This document shows positions 1-9,922 of a stretch of DNA of 64,000 nt, piece by piece. Both the position numbers and the translations under genes were made by a program. The first letter of the stretch is position 1. Each line of letters begins with the position of its first letter. The notes under the pieces are model-generated. The model did not search any database and had not been told where the DNA came from. It saw only the letters and a program-made list of their open reading frames with translations. Origin of the DNA: Oceanicaulis sp. (GTDB lineage: Bacteria; Pseudomonadota; Alphaproteobacteria; Caulobacterales; Maricaulaceae); assembly GCA_043513725.1 (NCBI GenBank), contig CP121338.1, forward strand, positions 2,668,838 through 2,732,837, written 5' to 3'.

Positions 1-916
1 AGAAGGCCAGGATAGACTCGCTCCACATTTCAGGGGCCTGAAGCTGGCAGAAATGGCCTACGCCGGGCATCAGCGTCAGGCGCGCTGCGGGGCATACGAC
101 GTCTTTCAGGTGGCGGGCGACCCGTGCCGGGGCAACGGCATCAGCCTCACCCCAGCAGATATGGACGGGGCGTCCAAACTGGCTCAGAGCCTTGAGCCAG
201 CGCGGGTTCTGAAAGCGGTCACGGTCATCGAGATAGCGGATGATTTTCCAGCTGAGCAGATGACCGTCTGCAAGCGCGTTGATCTGCCAGAGTCGCGTGA
301 TGTCAGACTCATCAAACGGGGCTCCGTTGGCGGCCTCCACCTGACCCTTGAAGGTCGGGTAGCGGGTGAAGCGATTGAGCAGCGGTCCAAGTGTGTGATG
401 TCGCAACAGCTTCTGCATGGGCACCAGAGCCGCTTTCTCCATCACCATATTGCCGTTGGTGAAGGTCAGGGACTGAAGGCCCGCATCAAACCAGCCCGGG
501 AGCAGCCCCTGAACGCAGCGGGCCACTAGCTCAGTCAGTACGCTATCGCCCATATCATGGCTGATTGCGTGACCGCCGCGGATGCCAAGCGCTTTCCAGA
601 CAGACAACAGGGCATCGGCCTGCTCCATCAGGGCGTAGGTCAGGCGCTCCGGCTTGTCGCTGAAGCCGAAGCCGGGAAAATCGACCAAGACGATGCGATC
701 AAAGCGCTCGGCCAAGCGGCCTACCACCTTGTGATAGGAAAAGCTGGACTCCGGATAGCCGTGGAAGAGCAGTAGCGTTTTGTCCGGTGGAGCCGAGCTG
801 TCCCCGATATCGCGATAGAAAATATTGCAATCGCCCAGTGGCCAGCGCCAGCATGATCCGGCCTCACGCCAGGCCTGAACGTCGTCTGGAAGCGGATGGA
901 TTGGGGTTGCGGACAA
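1..916 (-). CDS. alpha/beta-fold hydrolase (epoxide hydrolase / haloalkane dehalogenase-like), C-terminus outside window
   Basis: The minus-strand frame is open from the window edge to a TTG at 914-916, with GAGGAG 6 nt upstream. Translation reads ...LLLFHGYPESSFSYHKVV..DFPGFGFSDKP..GHAISHDMGDSV.. (Asp nucleophile elbow). It is absent from the ORF track because no stop lies in the window. ORFs 53..529(+) and 557..775(+) are its shadows. Confidence 0.75.
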   Translation of the reverse strand, partial: MSATPIHPLPDDVQAWREAGSCWRWPLGDCNIFYRDIGDSSAPPDKTLLLFHGYPESSFSYHKVVGRLAERFDRIVLVDFPGFGFSDKPERLTYALMEQADALLSVWKALGIRGGHAISHDMGDSVLTELVARCVQGLLPGWFDAGLQSLTFTNGNMVMEKAALVPMQKLLRHHTLGPLLNRFTRYPTFKGQVEAANGAPFDESDITRLWQINALADGHLLSWKIIRYLDDRDRFQNPRWLKALSQFGRPVHICWGEADAVAPARVARHLKDVVCPAARLTLMPGVGHFCQLQAPEMWSESILAF

Positions 917-992
917 ATCTGTCTCCTCGATCGGGCTAAATACCGTCGAAGATTTCAACCGTCAGATCAATGGATCGCGGCGTGCGCTGCGC

Positions 993-1793
993 CTATTTCG
1001 CGGTCCAGCCACCGTCGACCGTGATGTCGTTGCCGTTCACGTTGGCACCGTCGTCACTGACCAGGTAGAGCAGGGCACCCAGAAGCTGGTCATAGGTGAC
1101 GAATTTCTTCGTCGGCTGGGCGGCGAGCATGACGTCCTTGACGACCTCGTCCTCGCTGATGCCGCGAGACCGGGCCGTGTCGGCGATCTGATTTTCAACG
1201 AGCGGCGTTTTTACATAGCCGGGATTGATGCAGTTCGCGGTGATGCCGGCCTGCGCCACCTCCAGGGCCACGGTCTTGGTCAAACCATAGACCCCGTGCT
1301 TGGCGGCGACGTAAGCCGACTTGAACGGGCTGGCTCGCAGGGCGTGGGCCGAGGCGATGTTGACAATCCGCCCATGGCCCGCGGCCTTCATGACCGGCAC
1401 AGCGGCCCGCATGGCGTGAAAGACACTCGTGAGATTGATGCCAATAATGGCGTCCCACTTGTCGACCGGGAATTCATCAATCGGAGCGACGTGCTGGATG
1501 CCGGCATTGTTGACCAGGATATCAAGACGGCCGGTTTCGCTGTGCGCAAAGCCGATCAGGTCAGCGATCTCGTCAGGTTCCAGCATGTTGGCCGGGTGAT
1601 AAAGGCAGATAACCCCGTGCTCTTCGGCGATCCGTGACCGCAGCGCTTCGATCTCGTCACCATCGCCGAGGCCATTGAGGACGATATTGGCCCCGTTCAG
1701 CGCCAGACCTTCGGCCATGGCCGCGCCGATGCCGGAGGTCGACCCGGTAATCACGGCCGTCTGGCCGGACAAATCAACACGCACCGCGCCCAT
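993..1793 (-). CDS. bdhA: 3-hydroxybutyrate dehydrogenase (SDR family)
   Basis: 266 aa. Has the TGSTSGIG Rossmann motif, NNAG, the catalytic YVAAK, and a C-terminal ..TVDGGWTAK typical of D-beta-hydroxybutyrate dehydrogenases. Confidence 0.85.
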   Translation of the reverse strand: MGAVRVDLSGQTAVITGSTSGIGAAMAEGLALNGANIVLNGLGDGDEIEALRSRIAEEHGVICLYHPANMLEPDEIADLIGFAHSETGRLDILVNNAGIQHVAPIDEFPVDKWDAIIGINLTSVFHAMRAAVPVMKAAGHGRIVNIASAHALRASPFKSAYVAAKHGVYGLTKTVALEVAQAGITANCINPGYVKTPLVENQIADTARSRGISEDEVVKDVMLAAQPTKKFVTYDQLLGALLYLVSDDGANVNGNDITVDGGWTAK

Positions 1794-1876
1794 GGCGAGC
1801 TCCTGAAATTCGCGAACTATGCTGCACCGCAGAAAAGCCGGGTGCCAGCACTGGCGTCAAGAGGATAAGGCGGTGC

Positions 1877-2659
1877 CTAGCCCTTCTTTGGGGCAGGCTG
1901 GGGGCGGGTGAACAGCCATTTGTCGGCGGTCGAGCCTTCGGCATCGAAACGATAGCCGCCGACATTGAAGTCTTTCAGCTTTTCCGGTTCTTCGATCCGA
2001 TTGTCGATGATCCAGCGGGCCATGGAACCGCGCGCCTGCTTGGCATAGACCATCAGGGCACGCAGCTTGCCGTCCTTTTCTTCCTTGAAGTCCGGCGTGA
2101 TCACCGGGACACCCAGTGACTTCAGCTTCGCCGCCTTGGAATATTCGTTCGAGGCGAGGTTCACCACCGCTGGCTGGCTTTGACCTTCAAGGTCAGCCTT
2201 CAGCGCGTGGGCGATGTCATCGCCCCAGAAATCATAAAGATTTGAGCCTTTACGCGTTTTCAGGCGCGTGCCCATTTCCAGACGATAGGGCTGGATGGCG
2301 TCCTTCGGGCGGAGAACCCCATAGAGCCCGGACAGGATGCGCAAATGGTCCTGCGCCCAGTTCAGATCGTCCTCGCTCATCGAAGGGGCGTCGAGGCCGC
2401 GATAGACTTCACCATTGAACACCATGGCGGCCGGGCGACCGTCGGTGCTTTCCGGATCAAAGGCCTTGAAGCGTTCGCGATTGAGCTGGGCCAGGTCATC
2501 AGACAGGCCCATCAGCGACTTCAGCTTTGGTGCCGTCAGCCCCGCCGTCGTCTTCGACAGGACGCGCGTGCGCTCCTTGAGCACTGGCGTGGTGGTGTCC
2601 ACCTCCACACCGCGCGGTTCGAAATCGAGGGCCTTGGCCGGCGACAGCAGAATCAGCAT
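1877..2659 (-). CDS. yaaA: peroxide stress protein YaaA (DUF328)
   Basis: 260 aa. Has the characteristic MLILLSPAK N-terminus and the ..PYRLEMG.. core of the YaaA family. Confidence 0.85.
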   Translation of the reverse strand: MLILLSPAKALDFEPRGVEVDTTTPVLKERTRVLSKTTAGLTAPKLKSLMGLSDDLAQLNRERFKAFDPESTDGRPAAMVFNGEVYRGLDAPSMSEDDLNWAQDHLRILSGLYGVLRPKDAIQPYRLEMGTRLKTRKGSNLYDFWGDDIAHALKADLEGQSQPAVVNLASNEYSKAAKLKSLGVPVITPDFKEEKDGKLRALMVYAKQARGSMARWIIDNRIEEPEKLKDFNVGGYRFDAEGSTADKWLFTRPQPAPKKG

Positions 2660-2727
2660 GCAAAACGCTCCGTCTTCAGGTTGGTTTTGCAGATAAGGCG
2701 GCAGGCCTTTAAGGGCAAGTTCGCAGC

Positions 2728-4134
2728 CTAACCCCCGATCAGCACACGCGGGTTCATAATGCCCCTAGGGTCAAGCGCCTGCTTGATCGCGCGCATGACG
2801 GCGACTTCAGCGGGTTTGCGGGCGGACAGTTCGGCCTGCTTGAGGATACCCACGCCGTGCTCGGCCGAAATCGAACCGCCATGGCTGTCCACCAGGTCGT
2901 AGATTCTCGCCGTCACCGGAGCCATGCGCTCAATGAAGGCTTCGTCGGAGCCCGGTGCCTTACGCGCTACGTTAAAGTGGACATTGCCGTCGCCGACGTG
3001 GCCAAAGGCAATCACCATCACTTCAGGGTCAGCGTTTTCAGCGAGTCTGATCGCCTCTTCCATGAATTGACCCATGCGAGAGACGGGCACGGAGACATCA
3101 TGCTTGGCCGCCTTGCCGTGCGCTTTTTCCGCTTCAGGAATGCCTTCGCGCAGGGCCCAGAAGCTAGCGGCCTGGGCGTCGGACTGACTGATCACTGCAT
3201 CGCTCGTGAGCTCGCGCTCGAACGCTGCGCCGAGCGCCTCTTCAAGCAGGCTCGATGCCCGGTTTTTCTCAGCACTCACGAGTTCGATCAGAACGGCCCA
3301 GTCCGGCGCGCTGTCGAGCGGTTGGCGCACGCCGGGGATGTGACCGACCGCCAGATCGATGGCGTTTTTGGGCATAAGCTCGAACGCGGCGACTGCGCCA
3401 CCGGTGTGATCCTTCATGAAACCCAGCAGCTCGACAGCCGCGCGGGGGTTGTTGACGGCGGCAACAGCGACGGCGGTTGAGGCCGGGCGCGGGAAAAGCT
3501 TCAGCGTGGCTGCGGTGACAATCCCCAGCGTGCCTTCAGCGCCGATGAAGAGCTGTTTGAGGTCGTAGCCGGTATTGTCCTTCCTCAGGCCCGACAGGTC
3601 CGACAGGATCCGCCCGTCCGGCAGCACGACCTCCAGGCCCAGCACCAGATCGCGCATCATGCCATAGCGCAGGACATGAACACCGCCGGCATTGGTGGAG
3701 ATCAGCCCGCCAATCATCGCCGAGCCCTGCGAGCCCAGCGAGAGCGGGAACAGCTTGCCCGCATCAGCGGCCGTTGACTGGATGGTTTCCAGGATCGCAC
3801 CGGCCTCGCAGGTCAGAGACTCGTTTGCAGGATCGATGGCACGCACCGCAGTCATGCGTTTCAGCGAGATCAGAACTTCGCCCTGAGGCGTGGACCCGCC
3901 TACCAGCCCGGTATTGCCGCCTTGGGGCAGGACCGCGATGCCGGCCTCATTGCAGGCTTTCAGGATTTTCGCGACCTCTTCGGTGCTGCCGGGCTTCAGC
4001 AGCAGTGGGCTCTCACCGCGGTAACGCCCCCGCCAGTCACGGGTATGCCCGTCAATCTCACCAGGATCGGTCGACCAGGCGTTAGTGGGCAAGGACTGCG
4101 TGAGGGTGTGAAGCGCGTCGATCATGCCCGCCAT
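2728..4134 (-). CDS. FAD-binding oxidase, D-2-hydroxyglutarate / D-lactate dehydrogenase (GlcD) family
   Basis: 468 aa. Has a PCMH-type FAD-binding domain (..VLPQGGNTGLVGGS.., ..KDNTGYDLKQLFIGAEGTLGIVT..) and a C-terminal ..GSISAEHGVG..DP.GIMNP motif. Confidence 0.8.
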   Translation of the reverse strand: MAGMIDALHTLTQSLPTNAWSTDPGEIDGHTRDWRGRYRGESPLLLKPGSTEEVAKILKACNEAGIAVLPQGGNTGLVGGSTPQGEVLISLKRMTAVRAIDPANESLTCEAGAILETIQSTAADAGKLFPLSLGSQGSAMIGGLISTNAGGVHVLRYGMMRDLVLGLEVVLPDGRILSDLSGLRKDNTGYDLKQLFIGAEGTLGIVTAATLKLFPRPASTAVAVAAVNNPRAAVELLGFMKDHTGGAVAAFELMPKNAIDLAVGHIPGVRQPLDSAPDWAVLIELVSAEKNRASSLLEEALGAAFERELTSDAVISQSDAQAASFWALREGIPEAEKAHGKAAKHDVSVPVSRMGQFMEEAIRLAENADPEVMVIAFGHVGDGNVHFNVARKAPGSDEAFIERMAPVTARIYDLVDSHGGSISAEHGVGILKQAELSARKPAEVAVMRAIKQALDPRGIMNPRVLIGG

Positions 4135-4173
4135 GATAGGCAGTCAGATCGCTGCGAACAGGGGGGGTGATGC

Positions 4174-4503
4174 TTATTTCGGAGCCGGTCGGAGGACCGC
4201 TTCAAAGCGCAGGGCCGGAACTTCGCGGGCGCGGCCTTCGAAGTGGTAGTCGGCCCCTTTTTTCTTGCCGGTCAGAACCAGCACGAATTCCGTGGCTTCG
4301 CCGAAGACCGAGTATTTGCTCTCATCGTGCTGTCGCACATGGAGCGTGACCTCGATCTTCTGCTCGGTCCCGCTGATCTTGCCGACATAATACATGCCGG
4401 AATCCCCGCCATACACATCGTCGCCATCCACAAAGATGACGCCGCCGGAGTCGTCCAGTGGTGTGCGGAAGCGAGTGAGATAGAAGCCGCGTTCAATAAC
4501 CAT
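4174..4503 (-). CDS. small conserved hypothetical protein, possibly GrlR-like
   Basis: 109 aa. The pattern ..GGVIFVDGDDVYGGDSGMYYVGK.. resembles GrlR-family small beta-barrel proteins. The function is not established. Confidence 0.5.
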   Translation of the reverse strand: MVIERGFYLTRFRTPLDDSGGVIFVDGDDVYGGDSGMYYVGKISGTEQKIEVTLHVRQHDESKYSVFGEATEFVLVLTGKKKGADYHFEGRAREVPALRFEAVLRPAPK

Positions 4504-4552
4504 GTCAGTACCTTAGCAGCGGAAAGTGAACGCCGCTTTAATCTGAATGAAT

Positions 4553-5530
4553 TCAACGATCAGCAGATGCACGCTGCAACCGGTCATTGATTGCTTCGCC
4601 CAGTCCTTCCAAGGGAATGGGTGCAACCGCAATGATAGCAGATTTTCCATCCAGATACCGCAACCCCGTAAAAAGGTGGGCCGCGGCCTCACTCAGGTCG
4701 CCGGATGGCGACAGGTCGAAGCGATGGTCAGCGTCGTCTCCGCGCCACGGTCCGAACGCGAGATAGGCCTCACCTGCGCTGGGTGCCTCCGCATTCAATC
4801 TAACGCGCGATCCGGGCGCGTAGTGGCTGGACAACTGCCCAGGGGCGGTCGGGGATTCTGGAGTTGCACTGCCGCCGCCTAGTCTTCCCGTGACCGCTTC
4901 AATCGCATCTCGGGCCAAGCCGCCGGGCCGCAGCAGGGCCGGGCGCTCCGGCTCAATGAAGGACACGATGGTGCTTTCAACGCCCACCGGGCAGGAGCCA
5001 CCATCCAGGATCAGGTGTATCCGGCCATTCAGGCTGCCCTTCACATGTGCTGCTGTCGTGGGGCTGACAGCGCCTGAGGCATTTGCGCTTGGCGCAGCCA
5101 GCGGACGGTCCAGCCGTGAGACAAGTGCCGTGAGCGCCGCCGATTTCGGCCAGCGCACAGCCAGCGTATCGAGGCCGGCGGCCGCCAGGTCGCTGATCGG
5201 TGAATTTGGTTGGCGTGCCGCCACGACGGTCAGCGGGCCTGGCCAGTGAATCTCAACAAGCGTTTTGGCTTTGCCCGGAAGCGAAACCAGGCGTTCAGCC
5301 CGCTCCAAGCTGTCCACATGGGCGATCAGCGGGTTAAAGCTTGGGCGTCCCTTTGCCTCATACACGCCCGCCACAGCCTCACCATTGGTGGCGTCACAGG
5401 CGAGACCGTAGACGGTTTCGGTGGGGACAGCCACGCATCCGCCTGCACGCAGGATGTCAGCCGCCCTATCAAGGGCAGAGGGATCATCGGATGGCAAAAT
5501 GGGCGTATCTGAGGGCGGGGCAGGGCGCAT
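4553..5530 (-). CDS. L-threonylcarbamoyladenylate synthase (Sua5/YwlC/TsaC family, long form)
   Basis: YrdC domain (..VAVPTETVYGLACDA.., ..PLIAHV..) plus a C-terminal Sua5 domain. I prefer the ATG at 5528-5530 (AGGA upstream) over the TTG at 5564-5566 used by the ORF track. Confidence 0.85.
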   Translation of the reverse strand: MRPAPPSDTPILPSDDPSALDRAADILRAGGCVAVPTETVYGLACDATNGEAVAGVYEAKGRPSFNPLIAHVDSLERAERLVSLPGKAKTLVEIHWPGPLTVVAARQPNSPISDLAAAGLDTLAVRWPKSAALTALVSRLDRPLAAPSANASGAVSPTTAAHVKGSLNGRIHLILDGGSCPVGVESTIVSFIEPERPALLRPGGLARDAIEAVTGRLGGGSATPESPTAPGQLSSHYAPGSRVRLNAEAPSAGEAYLAFGPWRGDDADHRFDLSPSGDLSEAAAHLFTGLRYLDGKSAIIAVAPIPLEGLGEAINDRLQRASADR

Positions 5531-5566
5531 AGCGATGTTCCTAGCCGCGCGCCCTGCGTGACGCAA

Positions 5567-6166
5567 TCAGTCGGACGCGGCGCTGGTCTCGCTTTCTTCC
5601 GCGCCCTCGCGCGTCGCTTCGATATGCAGGTTCAGCTCCACATCGTCGCCGATATTATTGCCCCAGCTGGAATTGTTGAGGCCCCAGTCGGCTCGGCTCA
5701 GCGTGAAGCCGCCTTCAGCCACTGCGCGGTCGCCATCGATATCGAGGGTGAAATCCAGCACTACGTCGCGGCTCATGTCACGCAGTGTAAGCGTTCCTGT
5801 CGCAGCGTATCCGGTCGCTGTCTCGCGGATGTCGGTCGAGGTAAAGCGGACCGCATCAAAGCGTTCGATATGCAAGCCGGAGGAGCCTTCCAGCGCCTCC
5901 TGATATTCCGGGACCTGTTCACCGTCCGCGGTGCGGACCTGGCCCGATGTGGAATAGACCACAGCTTCGATGGAGGCCTCGTCCAGTGCTCCAGGGTCGA
6001 GCGTGATCGTCGCGTCAAAGTCGCCAAAGCGCGCCACAACCGGCGAGCCGAAGACTGTCATGTTTGCGGTCACGGCGGAATTATCCACGTCTACGGCCCA
6101 GTTCTGAGCCAGAGCGGACGTGGAGAAGAGGGCTGCCGAGGCAGCTGCAAGCAGTAGCGTTTTCAT
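5567..6166 (-). CDS. YceI family periplasmic polyisoprenoid-binding protein
   Basis: Signal peptide MKTLLLAAASAALFSTSALA, then YceI-like beta-barrel sequence. The ATG at 6164-6166 has GAGG 8 nt upstream. Confidence 0.8.
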   Translation of the reverse strand: MKTLLLAAASAALFSTSALAQNWAVDVDNSAVTANMTVFGSPVVARFGDFDATITLDPGALDEASIEAVVYSTSGQVRTADGEQVPEYQEALEGSSGLHIERFDAVRFTSTDIRETATGYAATGTLTLRDMSRDVVLDFTLDIDGDRAVAEGGFTLSRADWGLNNSSWGNNIGDDVELNLHIEATREGAEESETSAASD

Positions 6167-6212
6167 ACCAGTCACCTCGGGGAGTTGTTCTTGTGTGAGC
6201 GGTTTTAAAGGT

Positions 6213-6824
6213 TTAGCGGATGATCGGGATCATGCGGGCCAACACGCCGTCATTCTTGACGAATTCATGCTTCACCGCCGCGGCGATGTGGACCGCAATA
6301 AAGGCAATGAGAACCCAGCTGCCTGCACCGTGCATGGAGCCCGTCAGGCTCTGCATGGCCTCGGTCTGCGGCACGGGCAGCTTTGGAAGCTCAATGGCGT
6401 CAAACAGCAGGATGGGCTGGTCACCCCCATAGGAGGAGGCCGCCATGTAACCGCCAATCGGAATACCGATCATCAGGACATAGAAACCGATGTGCGTGAT
6501 ACGCGCGGCCACACGCTCCCAGGCCTTCATGCCATCGGGCAGCGGAGGCACCTTGTGGGTCAGACGCCAGGCGAGACGCGCCAGCGAGAGCACCAGGATC
6601 AAAATGCCTGTGGTCTTGTGCCAGTTAAAGCCGGACGCCAGCTCTCGATACTGCTCGAGGGATGTGATTCCCGCCTCGCGACGGTCTTCCAGATTCCAGC
6701 CATAAAGAATTGATGTGACCAGCAGGGCAGCGATTAGCCAGTGCAGCAGGATCGCGACCGCTGTGTATCGGCCCTGGTCCCGGATCGGTTGAGGCGTGGC
6801 AGTATCAGTCATGGCCTTCGTCAC
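6213..6824 (-). CDS. cytochrome b561 family protein
   Basis: About 200 aa with four predicted TM helices carrying conserved His (..AILLHWLIA.., ..NWHKTTGILIL.., ..HIGFYVLM.., ..IAVHIAAAVKH..). The start is either the GTG at 6822-6824, overlapping the upstream stop as GTGA, or the ATG at 6810-6812. Confidence 0.8.
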   Translation of the reverse strand: MTKAMTDTATPQPIRDQGRYTAVAILLHWLIAALLVTSILYGWNLEDRREAGITSLEQYRELASGFNWHKTTGILILVLSLARLAWRLTHKVPPLPDGMKAWERVAARITHIGFYVLMIGIPIGGYMAASSYGGDQPILLFDAIELPKLPVPQTEAMQSLTGSMHGAGSWVLIAFIAVHIAAAVKHEFVKNDGVLARMIPIIR

Positions 6825-7417
6825 TCCTGAAGGAATTCTGCTTCAATATTTAGGCGAACCGTGTCGCCGATAAAGTTCCCGGGAAGTCTCCCGACACCAA
6901 ACTCGGTACGGTCGATTTCCAATTTAGCACCAAAACCAATGGCTTGTCGCCCTTCGAGTGGATTGAAGAGGCCGCCATAAAACTCTGTTTCCAAAACGGC
7001 AGGATGGGACTGGCCTTTCAGCGTTAGCGTGCCGTGCACCCGACCTGTCGTGTCGCCCGTGACCTCTATGCGGTCGGAAACAAAGACAATTTCGGGATAG
7101 GTCTCGACGTCGAACCAGCCCGACCCGCGCAGGGTTTCGTCAAAATCCGGATCACCGGTTGAAACCGACGCGGCGTCCACGGTGGCGGTCAGCCGGGCAT
7201 TTTCGGGGTTGGCGGGATCAAAGCTGAGTGACGCGTCTGCACGATCAAAACGCGCCGTGTACCAGGACAGCCCGAGATGTCTGATCTGCCACGTCACGCT
7301 GGTATGGCCCGCATCGAGCCGCCAGTCGCCTGCCGGCAAATCAACCGGATCGACCGACGGTGCCGAGACGCACGCGGTCAGGACCAGGGCGCACAGCGCG
7401 GCAAACGGAGCTTTCAT
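6821..7417 (-). CDS. YceI family protein
   Basis: 198 aa with signal peptide MKAPFAALCALVLTAC. YceI pattern ..DAGHTSVTWQIRHLGLS.. and ..GTLTLKG.... Confidence 0.8.
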   Translation of the reverse strand: MKAPFAALCALVLTACVSAPSVDPVDLPAGDWRLDAGHTSVTWQIRHLGLSWYTARFDRADASLSFDPANPENARLTATVDAASVSTGDPDFDETLRGSGWFDVETYPEIVFVSDRIEVTGDTTGRVHGTLTLKGQSHPAVLETEFYGGLFNPLEGRQAIGFGAKLEIDRTEFGVGRLPGNFIGDTVRLNIEAEFLQE

Positions 7418-7556
7418 TCGGCGACCTCATCGGCTTCAAATCTTCAACTAGATCGCGGACGGACCGCGACCAATCGCCCGACCTCTACCGCCGCGCGTCG
7501 AACACGCTATGTTGGCCGCCAAGACCAAAATTCTGCCGCTCAAAGGACGCCATTCC

Positions 7557-9341
7557 ATGACCTATCGCGCCCCGGTTCGTGACATTCGCTTCGCATTGGA
7601 GGAAATCGCCGCCATGGATGGGCTGAAGGCTACGGGCGAGTTTCCCGAGTTCAGCTCTGATCTGACCCCGGCGATCCTGGATGAAGCTGCAAAGCTCGCC
7701 AATGACGTGCTGGCTCCGCTGAACTGGACGGGTGATCAGACCGGCTGCACCCTGAAAGACGGGCAGGTCACGACGCCCGACGGCTTCAAGGACGCCTACG
7801 CGAAATTCGTCGAAGGCGGCTGGCAGGGGCTGCAGTTCCCGACCGAGGCTGGCGGGATGGGCCTGCCTAAGGCGCTGGGCTGCGCGCTGATGGAAATGCT
7901 GCAAAGCTCGAACATGGCCTTTGGCCTCGGCCCCATGCTGAGCTTCGGCGCGATTGAATCGCTGATTGAGCTCGGCAGTGATGAGCAGCGCGATATCTAC
8001 CTGTCCAAGCTGATCAGCGGAGAATGGACGGCGACCATGAACCTGACCGAGCCTCAGGCGGGTTCAGACGTGGGCGCGCTGCGCACCAAGGCAGAGCCAA
8101 ACCCGGACGGCAGCTGGTCGATCAGCGGCCAGAAAATCTACATCACCTGGGGCGAGCACGATTGTGCAGAGAATATCATCCACCTCGTTCTGGCGCGCAC
8201 GCCTGACGGGGCTCCGGGCACCAAGGGGATCTCGCTTTTCCTGGTGCCGAAATTCATCCCCGATGCGGACGGCAATCCGGGCGAGCGCAATGCGGTGACC
8301 GCCATCGGACTTGAGCACAAGATGGGCATTCACGGTTCGCCGACTTGCACCATGGAATATGCCGGTGCCAAGGGCTGGCTCATCGGCGAAGAGTTCAGGG
8401 GCATGGCCGGTATGTTCATCATGATGAACTCCGCGCGCCTGAATGTCGGGGTGCAGGGCGTCGGCATCGCCGAGCGCGCCTATCAGCAGGCGTTGGCCTA
8501 TGCGAAAGATCGCCGGCAGGGGCGGGCGATAAACAAGGATGACCACGGGCCGCACGCGATCATTGACCATCCCGATGTCCGCCGCACGCTGGCGGTCATG
8601 AAGGCGAAGATCGAGGCCGCCCGCGCCATCTGCTTCCACGCTGCGGTGGAGGCGGACCTCGCCTTGAGCCAGGACGATGACGAGGAAGCCGCCTGGTCGA
8701 AGCGTCGTGAAGACCTGCTGATCCCGATCGCCAAGGCCTGGTCAACCGATGTGGGCGTGGAAGTCGCGTCCTTGGGCGTTCAGGTCCATGGTGGCATGGG
8801 CTTTGTGGAGGAAACCGGCGCGGCCCAGCACTATCGCGATGCGCGCATTGCTCCAATCTATGAAGGCACGAACGGGATCCAGGCGATTGACCTGGTGGGC
8901 CGCAAGCTGGCGCGCGATGGCGGCCATGCCATGGGCGAGCTTATCGAGGATATCCGCCAGACGGTGGAAGACTGCGAAACCAGCTCCAATCCTGAGCTGC
9001 CAGAACTCGCACGCTGGCTGAAACCGGCCGGCGACGCCCTGGAGGCCGCGTCCCAGTGGATGGTGCAGGCCCCTGATGCCGACCGTCTCGCCGGGGCCAC
9101 CAGCTATCTGAAGCTGGCCGGTGACGTGACCGGTGGCTGGCTGTTGTGTGTGGGCGCGGTCGCCGCGCAGCGCATGCTGAAAGATGGCGTGGGTGAGGAC
9201 GATTATGCCCGCTCACGCATTTCGCTGGCCCGCGTTTATGCCGACACGGTGCTTTCCGGCGCACCGGGGCTCCTTGGTGATATCAAGATGGGGGCCGACA
9301 CCCTGTTCGAGCCGGGCGAGGCCATGCTGGAAAGCGCCTAG
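7557..9341 (+). CDS. acyl-CoA dehydrogenase (long form with C-terminal extension)
   Basis: Has ..MNLTEPQAGSDV.. and ..QVHGGMGFVEETGAAQHYRDARIAPIYEGTNGIQ.. ACAD motifs. The ATG at 7557 (AAGGA upstream) is preferred over the one at 7509. Confidence 0.85.
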   Translation: MTYRAPVRDIRFALEEIAAMDGLKATGEFPEFSSDLTPAILDEAAKLANDVLAPLNWTGDQTGCTLKDGQVTTPDGFKDAYAKFVEGGWQGLQFPTEAGGMGLPKALGCALMEMLQSSNMAFGLGPMLSFGAIESLIELGSDEQRDIYLSKLISGEWTATMNLTEPQAGSDVGALRTKAEPNPDGSWSISGQKIYITWGEHDCAENIIHLVLARTPDGAPGTKGISLFLVPKFIPDADGNPGERNAVTAIGLEHKMGIHGSPTCTMEYAGAKGWLIGEEFRGMAGMFIMMNSARLNVGVQGVGIAERAYQQALAYAKDRRQGRAINKDDHGPHAIIDHPDVRRTLAVMKAKIEAARAICFHAAVEADLALSQDDDEEAAWSKRREDLLIPIAKAWSTDVGVEVASLGVQVHGGMGFVEETGAAQHYRDARIAPIYEGTNGIQAIDLVGRKLARDGGHAMGELIEDIRQTVEDCETSSNPELPELARWLKPAGDALEAASQWMVQAPDADRLAGATSYLKLAGDVTGGWLLCVGAVAAQRMLKDGVGEDDYARSRISLARVYADTVLSGAPGLLGDIKMGADTLFEPGEAMLESA

Positions 9342-9715
9342 AGCCAGAAGCCCTTGGGATCGGTCTGCGGGCGGCCGTCGACAGCCCGCATCAATCCAAC
9401 CGCTGAGCGGATGACCAGCCATATCGCACCGCCGATCAGGATCAGCACGCCAATGCCGATCCAGGAGGTAAGGGCGCCGACGACGAAAATGGCGAGGCCG
9501 TACCAGAAACTGCGGATCTGATAGTCGAAATGGCTCTGAATCCAGGGCTGGGCCTGATCCTTGCGGACGTAGGCGAGGACCGCTGCGATCAAGAGCGTGA
9601 TGCCGTTGGAGATCGCCAGGAAGCTCAGCACGTAGTTGGCGATCACCAGGATGCGATCGCCGCTCTCATCGCGCGGGCTATCGGTTTCAAATGGGCGGGC
9701 TTCACTGTCGGACAT
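9338..9715 (-). CDS. small integral membrane protein (DUF4870/COG3671-like)
   Basis: 125 aa with about 3 hydrophobic helices and a ..SHFDYQIRSFWYGL.. motif. Convergent with the ACAD gene, overlapping it by 4 nt. Confidence 0.6.
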   Translation of the reverse strand: MSDSEARPFETDSPRDESGDRILVIANYVLSFLAISNGITLLIAAVLAYVRKDQAQPWIQSHFDYQIRSFWYGLAIFVVGALTSWIGIGVLILIGGAIWLVIRSAVGLMRAVDGRPQTDPKGFWL

Positions 9716-9922
9716 CGGTCATACACCTTTGCTGGGGTGGGTGCGGGAAACGATGTCATACCATTTCTGCAACGGGATTTGGCGTGTCAAAGTTGAAACT
9801 GACGCAAATTTAATGACAGCCGCGACAGCCTATCCGATTGGATTTCCCGCGAAGACTGGTAAAGATTTAAGGCCTGCGCGCCAAAGATCGCGCAACAGTT
9901 GCGTGCCATACGGGGAATAAAC

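Noticed and set aside
53-775. ORFs 53..529(+), 184..390(-, different frame) and 557..775(+)
   Set aside because: All overlap the minus-strand alpha/beta hydrolase frame. That frame has clear family motifs and stays open to the window edge.
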